Shown: positions 53,081-60,877 of the stretch, piece after piece
Numbering within the stretch: position 1 is the first letter of the stretch
Layout: each line of letters starts with the position of its first letter
NCBI GenBank assembly: GCA_963849325.1
Contig: CAWKHF010000011.1
Location: 32,001 to 96,000, forward strand
Origin: an uncultured Planctomycetota bacterium
GTDB taxonomy: Bacteria; Planctomycetota; Planctomycetia; Gemmatales; Gemmataceae
Direction of reading: 5' to 3'
Length of the DNA: 64,000 nucleotides
The notes under the pieces: model-generated
What the model saw: only the letters and a program-made list of their open reading frames with translations
Told to the model about the DNA's origin: nothing
Databases searched by the model: none
Program-made: the position numbers and the translations under genes

Positions 53081-54808
53081 ATGCGGAGTTCGGCAGTGCA
53101 TTCTTCGTCGGGGGAGCGGCTCGGCGATCGCTGGCGGCATCACGCCACCGTCTCTCCGCAGGCTGTGGCCGTAACCCACTGGGTCGCCGGTGCCGAGCCC
53201 GTGCGCTGGACGTGGGGAGATCTCCTGCGCGGCGCCGACAACGTGGCCGGCTGGCTCGCCGCGCACGGAGTTCGTCCAGGCCAGGTCTGTGCCCTGATGG
53301 TGCGTCACCATCCCTGGTTTTATCCGGTGTACCTGGGAATCAGTTTGAGCGGGGCATTACCTGCTGTCCTGGCCTATCCCAATGCGCGTACACACCCAGA
53401 GAAACTCCGCCAGGGGTTGGAGGGAATGGCTCGTCGCTCGGGGTTGGACTGGGTGCTCACCGAGCGCGAACTGGAGCCGATGGTTCGCGACCTCATGTTG
53501 AGGGAAGGGAGCACTCTGGAGGGACTGCTGTTCCCGCTGGAGTCCGACGTCGCGGCCCCAACGAGATTCTACCCGCCCGTGACGCCGACAACTCCGGCCG
53601 ATAGTCCCTGCCTGCTTCAGCATTCCTCCGGCACCACAGGTTTGCAAAAGGCCGTGATGCTGTCCCACCGGGCCGTACTGGGGCATCTCGATCGCTATCG
53701 CCGCGCCATTGGGCTGACGGCGGACGATAAGATCGTGAGTTGGCTGCCGCCCTATCATGACATGGGACTCATTGCGGCGTTCCATCTGCCGCTGGCCTGT
53801 GGCATCCCCCTGATCCAACTCGATCCGTTCGAATGGGTGCAGGCGCCCGTCCTGTTTCTGGAAGCCGCGGCACGCGACGGCGCGACGCTGGCCTGGCTGC
53901 CGAACTTCGCCTATCATCTCATGGCCGAACGCATCCATGAGGAAGATCTGGAGGGACTCCGGTTTGACCGAATGCGCCTGCTGATCAACTGTAGCGAGCC
54001 GGTTCGCGCCGAGGCCCACGAAAAGTTCCTTCAACGCTTTGGTCCCTACGGCTTCCGCGCGGAAGCGCTGGCGGCTTGCTATGCCATGGCCGAAACTACC
54101 TTCGCGGTGACGCAAACGATTCCAGGCCGGCCCCCTTCCCAGCTCACGGTTGATCGGGACGAGTTGGCACGCGGACAAGTGCGGCTCATCCCGCCGGGTC
54201 CGCCAAGCCGGGTATGCGTCTCCTCCGGCGTCCCCATCGCCGACTGTGCCGTGCGCCTGGTCAATGAGCGGGGCGAGGACTTGCCGGACGATCGGGTCGG
54301 GGAGTTGGTCATCCACTCGGCATCGATGTTCGATGGCTATCGCAATTATGCGGAGAAGACAGCGGAAGTGCTCCAGGACGGCTGGTACTCCAGTGGCGAT
54401 TATGGCTTCCGGCACCGGGGCGAGTGCTATGTTATCGGCCGGAAAAAGGACTTGATTATCGTCGCCGGCAAAAACATTTACCCGGAGGACATCGAAGACG
54501 CTGCCAATGGAGTATTCGGTGTCCTTCCCGGACGTGTGGTGGCTTTCGGAGTGGACGATCCGGAACTGGGGACCGAACAGGTGGCGGTAGTTTTGGAGTC
54601 CGAGCATCACGGCAGTCCCAAAGCCACGCAAGTGCGCCAGCAAGTCGTTCAGGCTGGCATGGATATCGGAGTAACCATTAGCGAAGTCTATATCGTGCCG
54701 CCGCGCTGGCTAATTAAGAGTTCCGCCGGCAAACCGAGCCGTGGGGCGAATCGTGAACGCGTGCTGAACGAATTGAGGGTCCAGAGGCGAGGGAAAGGCG
54801 ATGATTAG
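53081..54808 (+). CDS. Adenylate-forming enzyme, fatty acyl-AMP ligase (FAAL)-like
   Basis: LQHSSGTTGLQKAV, SWLPPYHDMGLI, PNFAY, SEPV, CYAMAETT, GRKKDLIIVAGKNIYPEDIE, KSSAGKPSR. Confidence 0.88.
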   Translation: MRSSAVHSSSGERLGDRWRHHATVSPQAVAVTHWVAGAEPVRWTWGDLLRGADNVAGWLAAHGVRPGQVCALMVRHHPWFYPVYLGISLSGALPAVLAYPNARTHPEKLRQGLEGMARRSGLDWVLTERELEPMVRDLMLREGSTLEGLLFPLESDVAAPTRFYPPVTPTTPADSPCLLQHSSGTTGLQKAVMLSHRAVLGHLDRYRRAIGLTADDKIVSWLPPYHDMGLIAAFHLPLACGIPLIQLDPFEWVQAPVLFLEAAARDGATLAWLPNFAYHLMAERIHEEDLEGLRFDRMRLLINCSEPVRAEAHEKFLQRFGPYGFRAEALAACYAMAETTFAVTQTIPGRPPSQLTVDRDELARGQVRLIPPGPPSRVCVSSGVPIADCAVRLVNERGEDLPDDRVGELVIHSASMFDGYRNYAEKTAEVLQDGWYSSGDYGFRHRGECYVIGRKKDLIIVAGKNIYPEDIEDAANGVFGVLPGRVVAFGVDDPELGTEQVAVVLESEHHGSPKATQVRQQVVQAGMDIGVTISEVYIVPPRWLIKSSAGKPSRGANRERVLNELRVQRRGKGDD

Positions 54809-55037
54809 CGACCGGCTCAAAGGGGTCATCCTGCGCGAGCTGCAACTGGATGACTTTCCCTTCACGGACCAGACGCTCGCCCCCAATGTCCCCGGTTGGG
54901 ATTCGCTGAGCCACGTGCGGATTCTCGCGGCGATCGAGAAAGAGTTCGCCATTCGGTTCAAGACGCTAGAGGTGTTGCGACTGAAGAATGTCGGCGAACT
55001 TCAAGCGCTCGTGAGTAAAAAGACCGCGGCTGGCTAG
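54801..55037 (+). CDS. Acyl carrier protein
   Basis: 78 aa with the WDSLSH phosphopantetheine site, IEKEFAIRF, NVGEL; overlaps the ligase stop. Confidence 0.9.
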   Translation: MISDRLKGVILRELQLDDFPFTDQTLAPNVPGWDSLSHVRILAAIEKEFAIRFKTLEVLRLKNVGELQALVSKKTAAG

Positions 55038-55056
55038 CTGTTTCGTTTGCGACCCA

Positions 55057-55300
55057 TCAGCGGACAGGCGTCACCACGATCGATTTGATCTCGATGTCGC
55101 CGTCCGCCGACCACACGCGCACCGGCGAGTGAGCAAAGGAGATCGGGCCGTAGTCGGAGATGCCAATGATGACGGGGTTACGATGAGTCACCCAGACCGT
55201 GAACGTCTCCCGCGTCAGCTGGACGCGGAGTTCCTGCAAGCCGGGAACTTGCCGCGTATCACCGAAGACAGTCCACAGAGCGCCTCGTTCATCCGGGTCC
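55057..55300 (-). pseudogene. Possible 3' fragment of an unknown gene abutting the TnpB remnant
   Basis: Beta-rich C-terminal segment (LRVQLTRETFTVWV...VRVWSADGDIEIKSIVVTPVR) with no plausible start outside the TnpB sequence. Confidence 0.3.
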
Positions 55301-55304
55301 GAGC

Positions 55305-55523
55305 GGCCAGCGGAAAGGCCGTAACAAGAACTTCCGCAAAGCGATCTCGCCGTGGACCTATCGCCTGGTGCGGACACGGATCGATCCGAAGGCGCAGGAG
55401 GACCGTGTTCGTCCTGTGAGCTACGATCCCCGAAACACCAGCCGAGAGTGTCCCGCCTGGGGAACGGTGAGGAAGGACAACCGAAAGGGAGAGCGCTTTT
55501 GCTGCCAGTCCTGCGGCACGCAG
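55305..55523 (+). mobile_element. tnpB: TnpB (IS200/IS605 or IS607 family) C-terminal remnant
   Basis: RKAISPWTYRLVRTRIDPKAQEDRVRPVSYDPRNTSRECPAWGTVRKDNRKGERFCCQSCG matches the TnpB pattern W.Y..KA..V..P..TS..CP.CG..NR..F.C..CG; both ends are missing. Confidence 0.75.
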
Positions 55524-55525
55524 AG

Positions 55526-55581
55526 CACGAATCACACGAATAAAAAGATGCAAGTTTTGTATTTTATTCGTGTGATTCGTG
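55526..55581. repeat. Palindrome with 20-bp perfect arms downstream of the PP2C gene; possible terminator
   Basis: CACGAATCACACGAATAAAA (55526-55545) and TTTTATTCGTGTGATTCGTG (55562-55581). Confidence 0.85.
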
Positions 55582-55594
55582 GTGAATCGGGGAT

Positions 55595-56326
55595 CTACGA
55601 GAAGGCCACGACGACGCAGGTGACGTTGTCGTTGGAGCCGCGTTCGAGGGCCAACGTCACCAGTTCGTTGGCCCACTCCTGCGGGTCGGGATAGCGGGCC
55701 GCGCCCGTGCGCAGGTCGTCGGGATTGATGTAATTGGTCAAGCCGTCGCTGGCCAGCACGAGACGATCGCCAGCGTGCGGCGTGAAAGGGCGTACCTCGG
55801 CTGATTCCGGCAGGTCGGCACAGCCGAGAAATCTGTAGAGAATGTGGCGATACGGACTTTGCCGGGCTTGCTCGGGCGTCAGCGCTCCGTTGCGAGCCAA
55901 CTCTTCGGCCATGGAATGATCGAGGGTGAGCTGTTCGACGTGCTCGCCGCGGATGAGGTAGGCCCGGCTATCGCCAAGTCCGGCCACGTAAATTCGATCG
56001 TCCTGGCGCACGGCCAGAACGGCGGTCGTGCCCATGCGGCGGCCGGCGGCCTGGTGACGGCTGGCGTCCAGGATGGCCCGATTGGCTTCTCGGAACGCCT
56101 CGGTCACGGCCTGGGCGGGGTCGGCGTGGGCATCCAGGCGGACCTGCACCGCGCGCGGAATGATCTCCGCCGCCAACCCGCTCGCCCGTTCGCCGGACTC
56201 CTGCCCTCCCATACCGTCGGCGACGAGGAACACGTTCCGGCTCGTGTCGGCCACGTAGCGGTCTTCGTTATTGGGACGCAGGCCGCGGGCCGTGCGGGCG
56301 CCTGCGCGTACTTCCAGGGGATCCAT
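55595..56326 (-). CDS. PP2C-family Ser/Thr protein phosphatase
   Basis: RPNNED, VADGMGG, MGTT, GDSRAY, LTLDHS, LASDGL, DNVT. Confidence 0.95.
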   Translation of the reverse strand: MDPLEVRAGARTARGLRPNNEDRYVADTSRNVFLVADGMGGQESGERASGLAAEIIPRAVQVRLDAHADPAQAVTEAFREANRAILDASRHQAAGRRMGTTAVLAVRQDDRIYVAGLGDSRAYLIRGEHVEQLTLDHSMAEELARNGALTPEQARQSPYRHILYRFLGCADLPESAEVRPFTPHAGDRLVLASDGLTNYINPDDLRTGAARYPDPQEWANELVTLALERGSNDNVTCVVVAFS

Positions 56327-56580
56327 ACTCGGCTCCAGTGGAAGAGGGGAGTATTGGCATCGCGAGCACGCCCAATCTCTTCCTCTTCCTCTCATTGTAA
56401 CCGCCGCTTTCCACGGGCGACAAGCGTAGACATCGGCAAGGACACGGCCCGCACCAGGCCGGGGCGAGAGGGGAATTGGCATAATCCGCACCCCTCGCAA
56501 AATCCGCAGCCGCCGCACCACCATGCCGTTTGCTACAACAGAGGGTGGGTCGGTGGGGGATTGGCTGTGAGGATCGGCAC

Positions 56581-57287
56581 ATGGGTTTGTTGAGCCAGCG
56601 TCGCCGTCGTCCGGAAATCATGGACCAGCCGGATCTGGCCCCGGACCAGCACGTCCGCGCCCTGCAAGCCCTGGCCCGCATCAACTTCCTCAGTCACAGT
56701 GCCGGCATTCTCTGGCCGGATCTCGCCGCGTTGGCCCATGCCGTCGCGCCGCGCGCCCGCGCATCCTCGACGTGGCGACAGGAGCGGGCGATGTGCCGCT
56801 TCGCCTGTGGCGGCGGGCGCGGCGGGCCGGACTCGACTTCCATGTCGAAGGCTGTGACATCAGCCCCGTCGCTCTCGAACACGCACGCGCTCGGGCCGCT
56901 CGGGCCGGTGCGCCCCTCCGCTTCTTCGAGTACGACGCCGTGTCCGGGCCGACCCTGACGGGCTATGACGCCCTCACGTGCTCGCTCTTCTTGCACCATC
57001 TGGACGAAGCGCCGGCCATCGCGCTGCTGCGGCACATGGGCGAAATGGCGGGGCGACTGGTGCTGGTCAACGATCTCGAGCGCAGCGGGATCGGCCTGTT
57101 GCTGGCGCACGTGGTTGGGCGCCTGCTGACAACCTCGCACGTCGTTCACGTGGACGGCCCGCGTTCGGTGGAGGGAGCGTTCACGCGCACCGAGGCTCGC
57201 GCCCTCGCCGAACGCGCCGGCCTGGCCGGCGCACGGGTCGGCTGGCGTTGGCCGTTCCGCTGGTTGCTGTCGTGGAGGCGCCCGTGA
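56581..57287 (+). CDS. SAM-dependent methyltransferase of the type usually linked to type III PKS; frameshift near 56760
   Basis: RRRRPEIMDQPDL...LARIN; LDVATGAGD, GCDISP, CSLFLHHL, VNDLERS, DGPRSVEGAFT, WPFRWLL. Confidence 0.85.
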
Positions 57288-58543
57288 CCATCGCGGCCAC
57301 CACGAGCCTGGAAGAAGCCGCCTCGCGTACCTGGGATGTCGTGATCGTCGGTGCTGGGCCGGCCGGAGCGATGTCTGCCTACGAGCTGTCTCGCCGCGGA
57401 TTGGCCGTCCTCCTGGTCGATCGCGCCTCCTTCCCGCGCTGGAAGGTGTGCGGCTGCTGCTTGAATGCCCGCGCCCTGGCCGCGCTGGCGGAGGCCGGAC
57501 TCGGCGCGCTGACCGTTCGCTGCGGCGCGGTGTCTCTGGATAGCTTTCAGGTGGCGGTGGCCGGCCGGGTCGCCCGGCTGGCGATCGGCGGTGCTGTGTC
57601 GCTGTCGCGCCAGACCCTCGACGCCGCCCTGGTGACAGCCGCCATCGGAGCGGGCGCCGCCTTCCTGCCGCGAACACAAGCAGTTCTGAGTTCTGAGTCC
57701 CGAGTTCGGAGTGAAGAACACAGCATGACCCCAGCGTCCGGAACTCCGAACTCCGAACTCCGAACTCCGAACTCCGGAGTTCGCGTCGTGGAGCTGCGAC
57801 AGGAGCAGAAGGCCAGTCGGATGGCGGCGCGGGTCGTGCTCCTCGCGGACGGGCTGGGCGGCAAATTGGTCGCTCGGGCCGGAATCAGTGAGGTCGCCAC
57901 GGCACCGGGCGCACGCATCGGCGTGGGCATGATCGCGGCGAACGCGCCGGCATTCTACGAGCCGGGCCGCATCTTCATGGCCTGCGGCCGCGAGGGCTAT
58001 CTGGGACTGGTACGCCTCGAAGACGGACGGCTCGATCTGGCCGCCGCGCTCGATCCAGGATGGGTTCGCGCCCACGGCGGACCCGGCCCTGCCGCCGCCG
58101 AGATGCTCGCCGAGGTGGGTTGGCCTGCCGTCCCCGACATGGCGGAACACGGCTGGCGAGGCACTCCGGCGCTGACACGACGGGCGCGGCGCGTGGCCGG
58201 TGAGCGCCTGTTTCTCGTCGGCGATGCCGCCGGTTACATCGAGCCGTTCACCGGCGAGGGCATGGCCTGGGCGCTGTCCGCCGCAAGGGCGCTGGCGCCT
58301 CTGGCCGCGCGGGCGGCCGAGCGCTGGCATCCGCGATGGGCCGGCGAGTGGGGCGCGCTCTATCGCCGCCTTCTCGGGACACGGCATCTCGTCTGCCGAA
58401 CCGTCGCCGCCGTGCTCCGCTCGCCGGGCCTGACGCGGACGATGATCCACTTGCTTTCCGTTGCCCCTGGCCTGGCCGTGCCGGTGCTGCACGGTTTAGG
58501 ATTTCATGACAGTCGAAAGCAGGGAATAGGGAATAGGGAATAG
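57284..58543 (+). CDS. FAD-dependent oxidoreductase (geranylgeranyl reductase-like)
   Basis: DVVIVGAGPAG, FPRWKVCGCCL, ADG, VGDAAGYIEPFTGEGMAWAL. Confidence 0.9.
   Translation: MTIAATTSLEEAASRTWDVVIVGAGPAGAMSAYELSRRGLAVLLVDRASFPRWKVCGCCLNARALAALAEAGLGALTVRCGAVSLDSFQVAVAGRVARLAIGGAVSLSRQTLDAALVTAAIGAGAAFLPRTQAVLSSESRVRSEEHSMTPASGTPNSELRTPNSGVRVVELRQEQKASRMAARVVLLADGLGGKLVARAGISEVATAPGARIGVGMIAANAPAFYEPGRIFMACGREGYLGLVRLEDGRLDLAAALDPGWVRAHGGPGPAAAEMLAEVGWPAVPDMAEHGWRGTPALTRRARRVAGERLFLVGDAAGYIEPFTGEGMAWALSAARALAPLAARAAERWHPRWAGEWGALYRRLLGTRHLVCRTVAAVLRSPGLTRTMIHLLSVAPGLAVPVLHGLGFHDSRKQGIGNRE
57682..57776. repeat. Inverted heptamer array (AGTTCTG/AGTTCGG-like x4; CCGAACT-like x5), in frame inside the oxidoreductase gene
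   Basis: Left arm 57682-57709, right arm 57739-57773; translated VLSSESRVRSEEHSMTPASGTPNSELRTPNSG. Confidence 0.85.
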
Positions 58544-58613
58544 GGAATAGGGAATAGGGGGAAAGAGGAAGGAATCTCGCATCTATTCCCTATTCCCTAT
58601 TCCCTATTCCCTG
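58520..58613. repeat. Inverted heptamer array (AGGGAAT)x5 / (ATTCCCT)x4 between convergent genes
   Basis: Units at 58521-58555 and 58585-58612; both flanking proteins end in QGIGNRE-stop read from the repeat. Confidence 0.92.
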
Positions 58614-59420
58614 ATTCAGCACTTGCCGTACCGCTTCGATGAGCTGATCTCCAGTGTACGGCTTGCTCAGGAAGCTCCAGCCGGGCGTCCACGCCACCCA
58701 CGACGGCTCCGGCAAGCCGCCGGCGGTCACCAGCAGAACGCGCACCTGCGGATTCATCGCCAACAGTCCGTTGATGGTCTCCACGCCCGAGATGTCCGGC
58801 AAATGCTGGTCGAGGATGACCAGATCGATGGCCGACTGGTTCTGACGGTAAAGCTGCAGGATCTGCCGGCCGGCCTCCGCCGACAGCACCTGGTAGCCGT
58901 GCTGCCGCAGGATGGTCTGGGCAAGGAGGCGGATACTCGGCTCCCGGTCGGCCAGCAGGACCATCCCACGCGGCGAGGCTGGGGACGGGGCGGGCGTCGC
59001 GGCCGCGGCGGCCGGTTTCGTCCACGCTCGAACTTCCAGCTCGCGGAAAAGGCACAGCACGCCCCGTACCACGCCTTCGCCGTCCCGCACCGGCGCCTTG
59101 AGCAGACGCACGCGCAGGGCCAGCGGGCCGCGCGGCCGATCCTCTTCCGCCTCGATCCGTTCGCCGCGCAGAACGCGCTCGTTCTCGGCGGCGGCCTGGT
59201 CCGACCAGGGCGACGGCCAAAAGTCGAAAACCGTGTGTCCCAGGAGTTCGGAGTCCGGCTTGTCCAGCCAGCGGCAGAAGGCCGCGTTGACCGCGATGCA
59301 ATGACCCTCCCCGTCGAACAGATAGACACACTGGTCGAGGTTCTCGATCAGCGCGCGGAAGGCCGCCGCTCCGCCGGAGCGGAGTTCCGCGAATTCCAGT
59401 TGACTCAACGGATCGGTCAT
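58590..59420 (-). CDS. PAS domain + response regulator receiver protein (no kinase core)
   Basis: FRALIENL...VNAAFC...LLG...KAPVRDGEGVVRGVL (PAS); VLLADRE...DLVILDQHLPDISG...FLSKPY (REC). Confidence 0.85.
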   Translation of the reverse strand: MTDPLSQLEFAELRSGGAAAFRALIENLDQCVYLFDGEGHCIAVNAAFCRWLDKPDSELLGHTVFDFWPSPWSDQAAAENERVLRGERIEAEEDRPRGPLALRVRLLKAPVRDGEGVVRGVLCLFRELEVRAWTKPAAAAATPAPSPASPRGMVLLADREPSIRLLAQTILRQHGYQVLSAEAGRQILQLYRQNQSAIDLVILDQHLPDISGVETINGLLAMNPQVRVLLVTAGGLPEPSWVAWTPGWSFLSKPYTGDQLIEAVRQVLNQGIGNRE

Positions 59421-59453
59421 ATCTTCTTATCCCCCCTGTCCTCTGTTCCACGG

Positions 59454-59501
59454 GCCGCTTGCGGCTTGGCGGACAGCGTTGAGCGCCAAACCGCAAGCGG
59501 C
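59454..59501. repeat. REP-like palindrome (AACGLA/AKPQAA type), 18-bp arms, 1 mismatch
   Basis: GCCGCTTGCGGCTTGGCG ... CGCCAAACCGCAAGCGGC. Confidence 0.8.
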
Positions 59502-59516
59502 GTTCGCAACGAACCC

Positions 59517-59840
59517 TCAGCGACCCACGACCGTTTCGTGGGTCGCCGCCCGGCCCTGATCGGCCTGGACTTGCAACATTTGCGAGCATAGCAGCCGCGC
59601 CATGCGCGGCGCCGCCCATTCCGGTTTCACGACCTGTCCGGGCGGCGACGCTAACGCCACCGCCGGCAGGTTTCGCTCCACCCAGTGACGGAGCAGCGGT
59701 TGGCCGCGTCCGGTCCGCAGCACACAGCGGATCATCGGCACCAACAACTCCTCCATCTCCTCCCGGCTCGACACGGAACCGCCGTCAGACCCGTACATCC
59801 GTCGAGCCAACGTCTGGACCGCCTCGTCGGTGAAATCCAT
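59517..59840 (-). CDS. Hypothetical protein
   Basis: 107-aa ORF with a GGAGA RBS, co-oriented and closely spaced with its neighbours. Confidence 0.6.
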   Translation of the reverse strand: MDFTDEAVQTLARRMYGSDGGSVSSREEMEELLVPMIRCVLRTGRGQPLLRHWVERNLPAVALASPPGQVVKPEWAAPRMARLLCSQMLQVQADQGRAATHETVVGR

Positions 59841-59851
59841 GATGTTTCTCC

Positions 59852-60481
59852 CTAAACCGGCACACTCGTCTCAGCGACATCCGAGGTATCGCCCCACCAA
59901 TCGACCGCCTGGGCCGTGGCGATACCGCCGTTGCCGCTGCTGACATTGGCGAGAACGCAGAAGGTGCCATCGGGGTTAACGTTGACCTGCACATTGTTCA
60001 GCGCCGGGATACCGCCGAGGTTGACGACCTCCCCTTGCATGGGAGCGCCACTGACGCTGCCGGTGAACTCCCACGTATTGCCGTCCTCGCAAGTCGCGTT
60101 GAAATCACTGATCGCCGGTGTCCCGTTCACCAAGGTGGCCGAGGCCGAGGATCTCCCGTCCGCACTGGCGGCAGTCAGCTGGCCGAGTTGCAACGCTGTC
60201 AGGGTGATGTTGTAGCCGCCCTGGGAGTCGGTTGTCACGGAGCCGTTCACTGCCCCGCCGAAATTGATTGTCTCGTTGCCAATAGGGTTCCCGGCCTTGG
60301 TCAATTGTCCCGTGAGGGTGACTTGCTGGTTCGGGTCGTAGGTGACGGCCAGAGTCAAAACCTCCGCGGGGGGACCGAACGTCGGACAGATTCGATCCTC
60401 CAGGCTTTCCAGGAATGGCGTCACCGAGCGGGCGGTAACGGGTTTCCGGGAGCGGGCAGAGCGTGTCCGCAGACAAAACAT
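59852..60481 (-). CDS. Putative secreted beta-rich protein with a planctomycete-type N-terminal signature (LEPR-XLL-like)
   Basis: AGGAGG RBS; basic N-terminus then PFLESLEDRICP; Thr/Gly/Asn-rich Ig-like strands. Confidence 0.75.
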   Translation of the reverse strand: MFCLRTRSARSRKPVTARSVTPFLESLEDRICPTFGPPAEVLTLAVTYDPNQQVTLTGQLTKAGNPIGNETINFGGAVNGSVTTDSQGGYNITLTALQLGQLTAASADGRSSASATLVNGTPAISDFNATCEDGNTWEFTGSVSGAPMQGEVVNLGGIPALNNVQVNVNPDGTFCVLANVSSGNGGIATAQAVDWWGDTSDVAETSVPV

Positions 60482-60597
60482 GCTGTACCTCCTTAAAGGA
60501 CACAGGCGAGTGGTGAGAACGCCATCGTTTGAGGCGCTGACTCTCTGGTGGATTCAGGTGGGCTGGCAAGCTAGGAGGGTGTCCGGGATTCCCTTCG

Positions 60598-60654
60598 TTT
60601 CGCGGCGGTTCGCAGAGGCGCGCATTGAGCGCGCCTCTGCGAACCGCCGCGAAA
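60598..60654. repeat. REP-like palindrome, 26-bp perfect arms
   Basis: TTTCGCGGCGGTTCGCAGAGGCGCGC, ATTGA loop, exact reverse complement. Confidence 0.88.
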
Positions 60655-60719
60655 TCGAATGTTTACCGAGGCGAACCCGAGGAAGAAGGAAGGGGCGTCA
60701 GAGGGAAGGATCGTGCGGT

Positions 60720-60790
60720 CCCCTATATATACATCGAAATCGGCGCGAAATCGGACAAGAATTCCGGACGTTTTTTCAAGATTTTTTCAA
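60720..60790 (-). promoter_or_regulatory. Candidate ECF-type promoter for the 60481 gene in an AT-rich intergenic region
   Basis: Minus strand reads A-tracts, then TGTCCG-N16-GATGTATATA. The resemblance to ECF -35/-10 spacing is an inference. Confidence 0.3.
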
Positions 60791-60877
60791 AACCTTGTGA
60801 GTAAACCACTTAGAAAGAAAAATTTTTGATGCACGAGAGGCAAAAAATGAGAAAAAAGGACGATGGGAAGTATACGT

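Noticed and set aside
51641-54808. Apparent 1055-aa MBOAT-AMP ligase fusion
   Set aside because: The MBOAT C-terminus (FVYFQF, stop 53072) lies in another frame and the ligase has its own ATG at 53081. The fusion is a frameshift artefact.
55305-55694. Functional miniature Cas12f/TnpB nuclease system
   Set aside because: Only about 73 codons remain, no RuvC catalytic motifs are present, one zinc ligand is mutated, and there is no array or tnpA nearby.
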